From positions 224,001 through 288,000 of the forward strand of contig CAVPQB010000003.1 of NCBI GenBank assembly GCA_963707505.1: a stretch of DNA of 64,000 nt. The letters run 5' to 3'. This DNA comes from an uncultured Gemmatimonadales bacterium. Its GTDB lineage: Bacteria; Gemmatimonadota; Gemmatimonadetes; Gemmatimonadales; Gemmatimonadaceae. A model generated the notes under the pieces. That model was not told where the DNA came from. It ran no database searches and worked only from the letters and a program-made list of their open reading frames with translations. Position 1 is the stretch's first letter. Every line of letters starts with the position of its first letter. Position numbers and translations under genes: made by a program. Positions 62,307 through 64,000 of this stretch are shown here, one piece after another.

Positions 62307-62543
62307 TCAGGGCTTCTTGATCTTGACCGTGGGAACCTTGATCGTGGCAGAATCCTTCTTCACCTCGACCTTCGGAACCGCGACCTTGGTGCTGTCGACG
62401 CCAGTTTCCACTACCGGCGTGTGCACCGTATCGGTGACGGTGCCTACGACCGGCTTCTGCACCTCGTACGCCCCTTCTCCGGTCTTCTTGCACCCAGTTG
62501 CGGCGAGAGCAAGTACAGCGGCGGCGAAAATCACCTTTCTCAT
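62307..62543 (-). CDS. Small lipoprotein
   Basis: GGAGG RBS, MRKVIFAAAVLALAATGC lipobox, repeated V-x-(T/V)P-x-V units. Confidence 0.75.
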   Translation of the reverse strand: MRKVIFAAAVLALAATGCKKTGEGAYEVQKPVVGTVTDTVHTPVVETGVDSTKVAVPKVEVKKDSATIKVPTVKIKKP

Positions 62544-62638
62544 CAAAGCCTCCGTTACGTGTGTGTGGTGTTCGCTAGCCCAAATGGCAAAAAGGGCGCC
62601 GTTGGAGCGGGGGAGCAATCACATGGCGGAGATGGTGA

Positions 62639-62707
62639 GGTCACAGCGGGGGTCACCGGCATGGGTCACGCGCATGGCCACGGGCATGGGTCACAGGCGG
62701 AGCTCAC
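62639..62707. repeat. Six degenerate GGTCAC boxes at 12-13 bp period
   Basis: Starts at 62639, 62651, 62664, 62676 (GGCCAC), 62689 and 62702 (GCTCAC). Confidence 0.7.
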
Positions 62708-62741
62708 CCGCGCCGCGCCCCACTGATCGTGGTCCCAATTT

Positions 62742-63419
62742 CTAATGTATATGGATTTTCGAACGATCGTTCGACCGAGCACGGGAGAGAAGCGCACGCA
62801 CTTCATCATCGCTCGTCTGGTCGAACACGGCGTACCAGAGTCCGACGGCTTGAAATGGTTCCGGGGTCACCAGACAAACAACTTCATCGGCCGAATGATC
62901 ACCTTCGCGAAACGATCTGCAGGTTTCGGCCGCAGCCACAGGAACCGCGACCACGATGCGCTGGGGCTCTTCACGTCTGAGAGCAAGCACTGCTGCGCGC
63001 ATGGTCGATCCCGTTGCAAGCCCGTCGTCGACGACTATCACGATGCAGCCGCGAATGTCGATGTCGGGTCTGTCGCCGCGATAGGCAAATTCGCGACGCT
63101 CGAGCTCATGCTGCTCCCGCGCGATGACCGAATCGACCGAACGCCGGTCCACACCAAGAGTGCGAATCACGTTATCGTCGAGCACGACTACACCGTCGCT
63201 GGCGATCGCACCCATTGCGAACTCTTCGTGGCCGGGCAGGCCGAGTTTGCGCACCAGAAATACATCGAGCGGTGCACCGAGCGCACGTGCAACTTCGTAC
63301 CCTACGGGCACTCCGCCGCGCGGGAGTGCAAGCACACGAACGTCCGAACGTCCAGCATACTCGTGCAGCGCTGCAGCGAGCTTGCGTCCAGCGTCGGCGC
63401 GGTCGTGAAACGGGGGCAT
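62742..63419 (-). CDS. Phosphoribosyltransferase family protein
   Basis: FHDRADAGRKLA, ALPRGGVPV, VRKLG, VVDDGLATG, AVGLWY. Confidence 0.88.
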   Translation of the reverse strand: MPPFHDRADAGRKLAAALHEYAGRSDVRVLALPRGGVPVGYEVARALGAPLDVFLVRKLGLPGHEEFAMGAIASDGVVVLDDNVIRTLGVDRRSVDSVIAREQHELERREFAYRGDRPDIDIRGCIVIVVDDGLATGSTMRAAVLALRREEPQRIVVAVPVAAAETCRSFREGDHSADEVVCLVTPEPFQAVGLWYAVFDQTSDDEVRALLSRARSNDRSKIHIH

Positions 63420-63423
63420 CACA

Positions 63424-63795
63424 TCACCGCTTACCCGAGCGATGGGTGGGATCGTTGCCGGCGCGGCGCGCCGAACGTGTCCGGTCCTGATGTGCACTGC
63501 GCTGCACGGCCGCGCGGATGTGCTCGTCTTCCTTGCTGGCCGCCTTTGCACGCGGCGAGAAAAGCTCGTTCGCCTGCGGCTCCGTCGATGGTCCTCCCGG
63601 CCCCGCTTCATCTTTCGCTATCTCGCGCGGAGTCCGATGACTGCTCGACGGATGCGATTCTGCCTCCGCCGGTGACCCTGCGGATGGAGCGGTTGCGGGC
63701 GGAGCGGTTGCGGGCGGCGACGCTGGCACAGGTCGCGCCGGCGTCCGAGATGCGGCTGGAGTATTCGGGGGCCTGGTCTGTTTGGAATCAGCCAT
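63424..63795 (-). CDS. Hypothetical low-complexity protein
   Basis: GGAG RBS before ATG 63795; Pro/Ala/Ser-rich 123 aa; ends 4 nt before the PRTase start. Confidence 0.5.
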   Translation of the reverse strand: MADSKQTRPPNTPAASRTPARPVPASPPATAPPATAPSAGSPAEAESHPSSSHRTPREIAKDEAGPGGPSTEPQANELFSPRAKAASKEDEHIRAAVQRSAHQDRTRSARRAGNDPTHRSGKR

Positions 63796-64000
63796 TCGTT
63801 CTCCGGTAGCTGGTGCACGTTCGACACGTTGCACCAGTGAGAGAGCGCAGGTATCGCGCCGCGACAGTTCGGAACGGCTGATGATCGCGTGCGATGCTAC
63901 CGGTGTCGTGCCCGTTCGACTCCAGGGTTGGTGCGATCGGGGGCAACCGAAGCAGCGCGGCCGTGCCGCCGTCAATCCTCGAATGCTTCGTGCTGGCGTT

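Overview
A GC-rich, gene-dense chromosomal window made mostly of housekeeping genes. It includes tRNA-Gln-prs-rplY-pth-ychF, rpsF-rpsR-DUF2232-rplI, rsfS, smc, aroF, lolA, rpmE-prfA-prmC-tmk, rimO, lnt, lepB, a TolC/MacAB-type exporter, bshB1-kynA-iscS-mnmA, grpE-dnaJ, cinA-pgsA, mglBA and SRP RNA-dnaX-ybaB-recR. Gene content and order suggest a diderm such as Gemmatimonadota, but that is inference and has not been tested. At least nine conserved genes carry frameshifts, most likely long-read assembly errors. I found no mobile element, prophage or CRISPR array. The most unusual coding features are: (1) one ORF joining a secreted TPR-like region and two degenerate retropepsin-like domains to a CPA2 cation/proton antiporter; (2) two SPOR proteins coupled to smc, one with a Walker-A-less MinD/BY-kinase-like cytoplasmic domain; (3) a pseudokinase-kinase tandem protein head-to-head with a degenerate creatininase-fold gene; (4) a gluzincin + beta-propeller + Omp85 protein; (5) a double beta-barrel OmpA with a 26-proline linker; (6) an MglA with a ~30-aa insertion. 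Non-coding signals include a triplicated pth start containing a minigene, a G-rich 11-bp array, REP-like palindromes, a switchable rplI-rsfS structure and recurrent leaderless starts. All family assignments come from reading motifs by eye; no database search was run.
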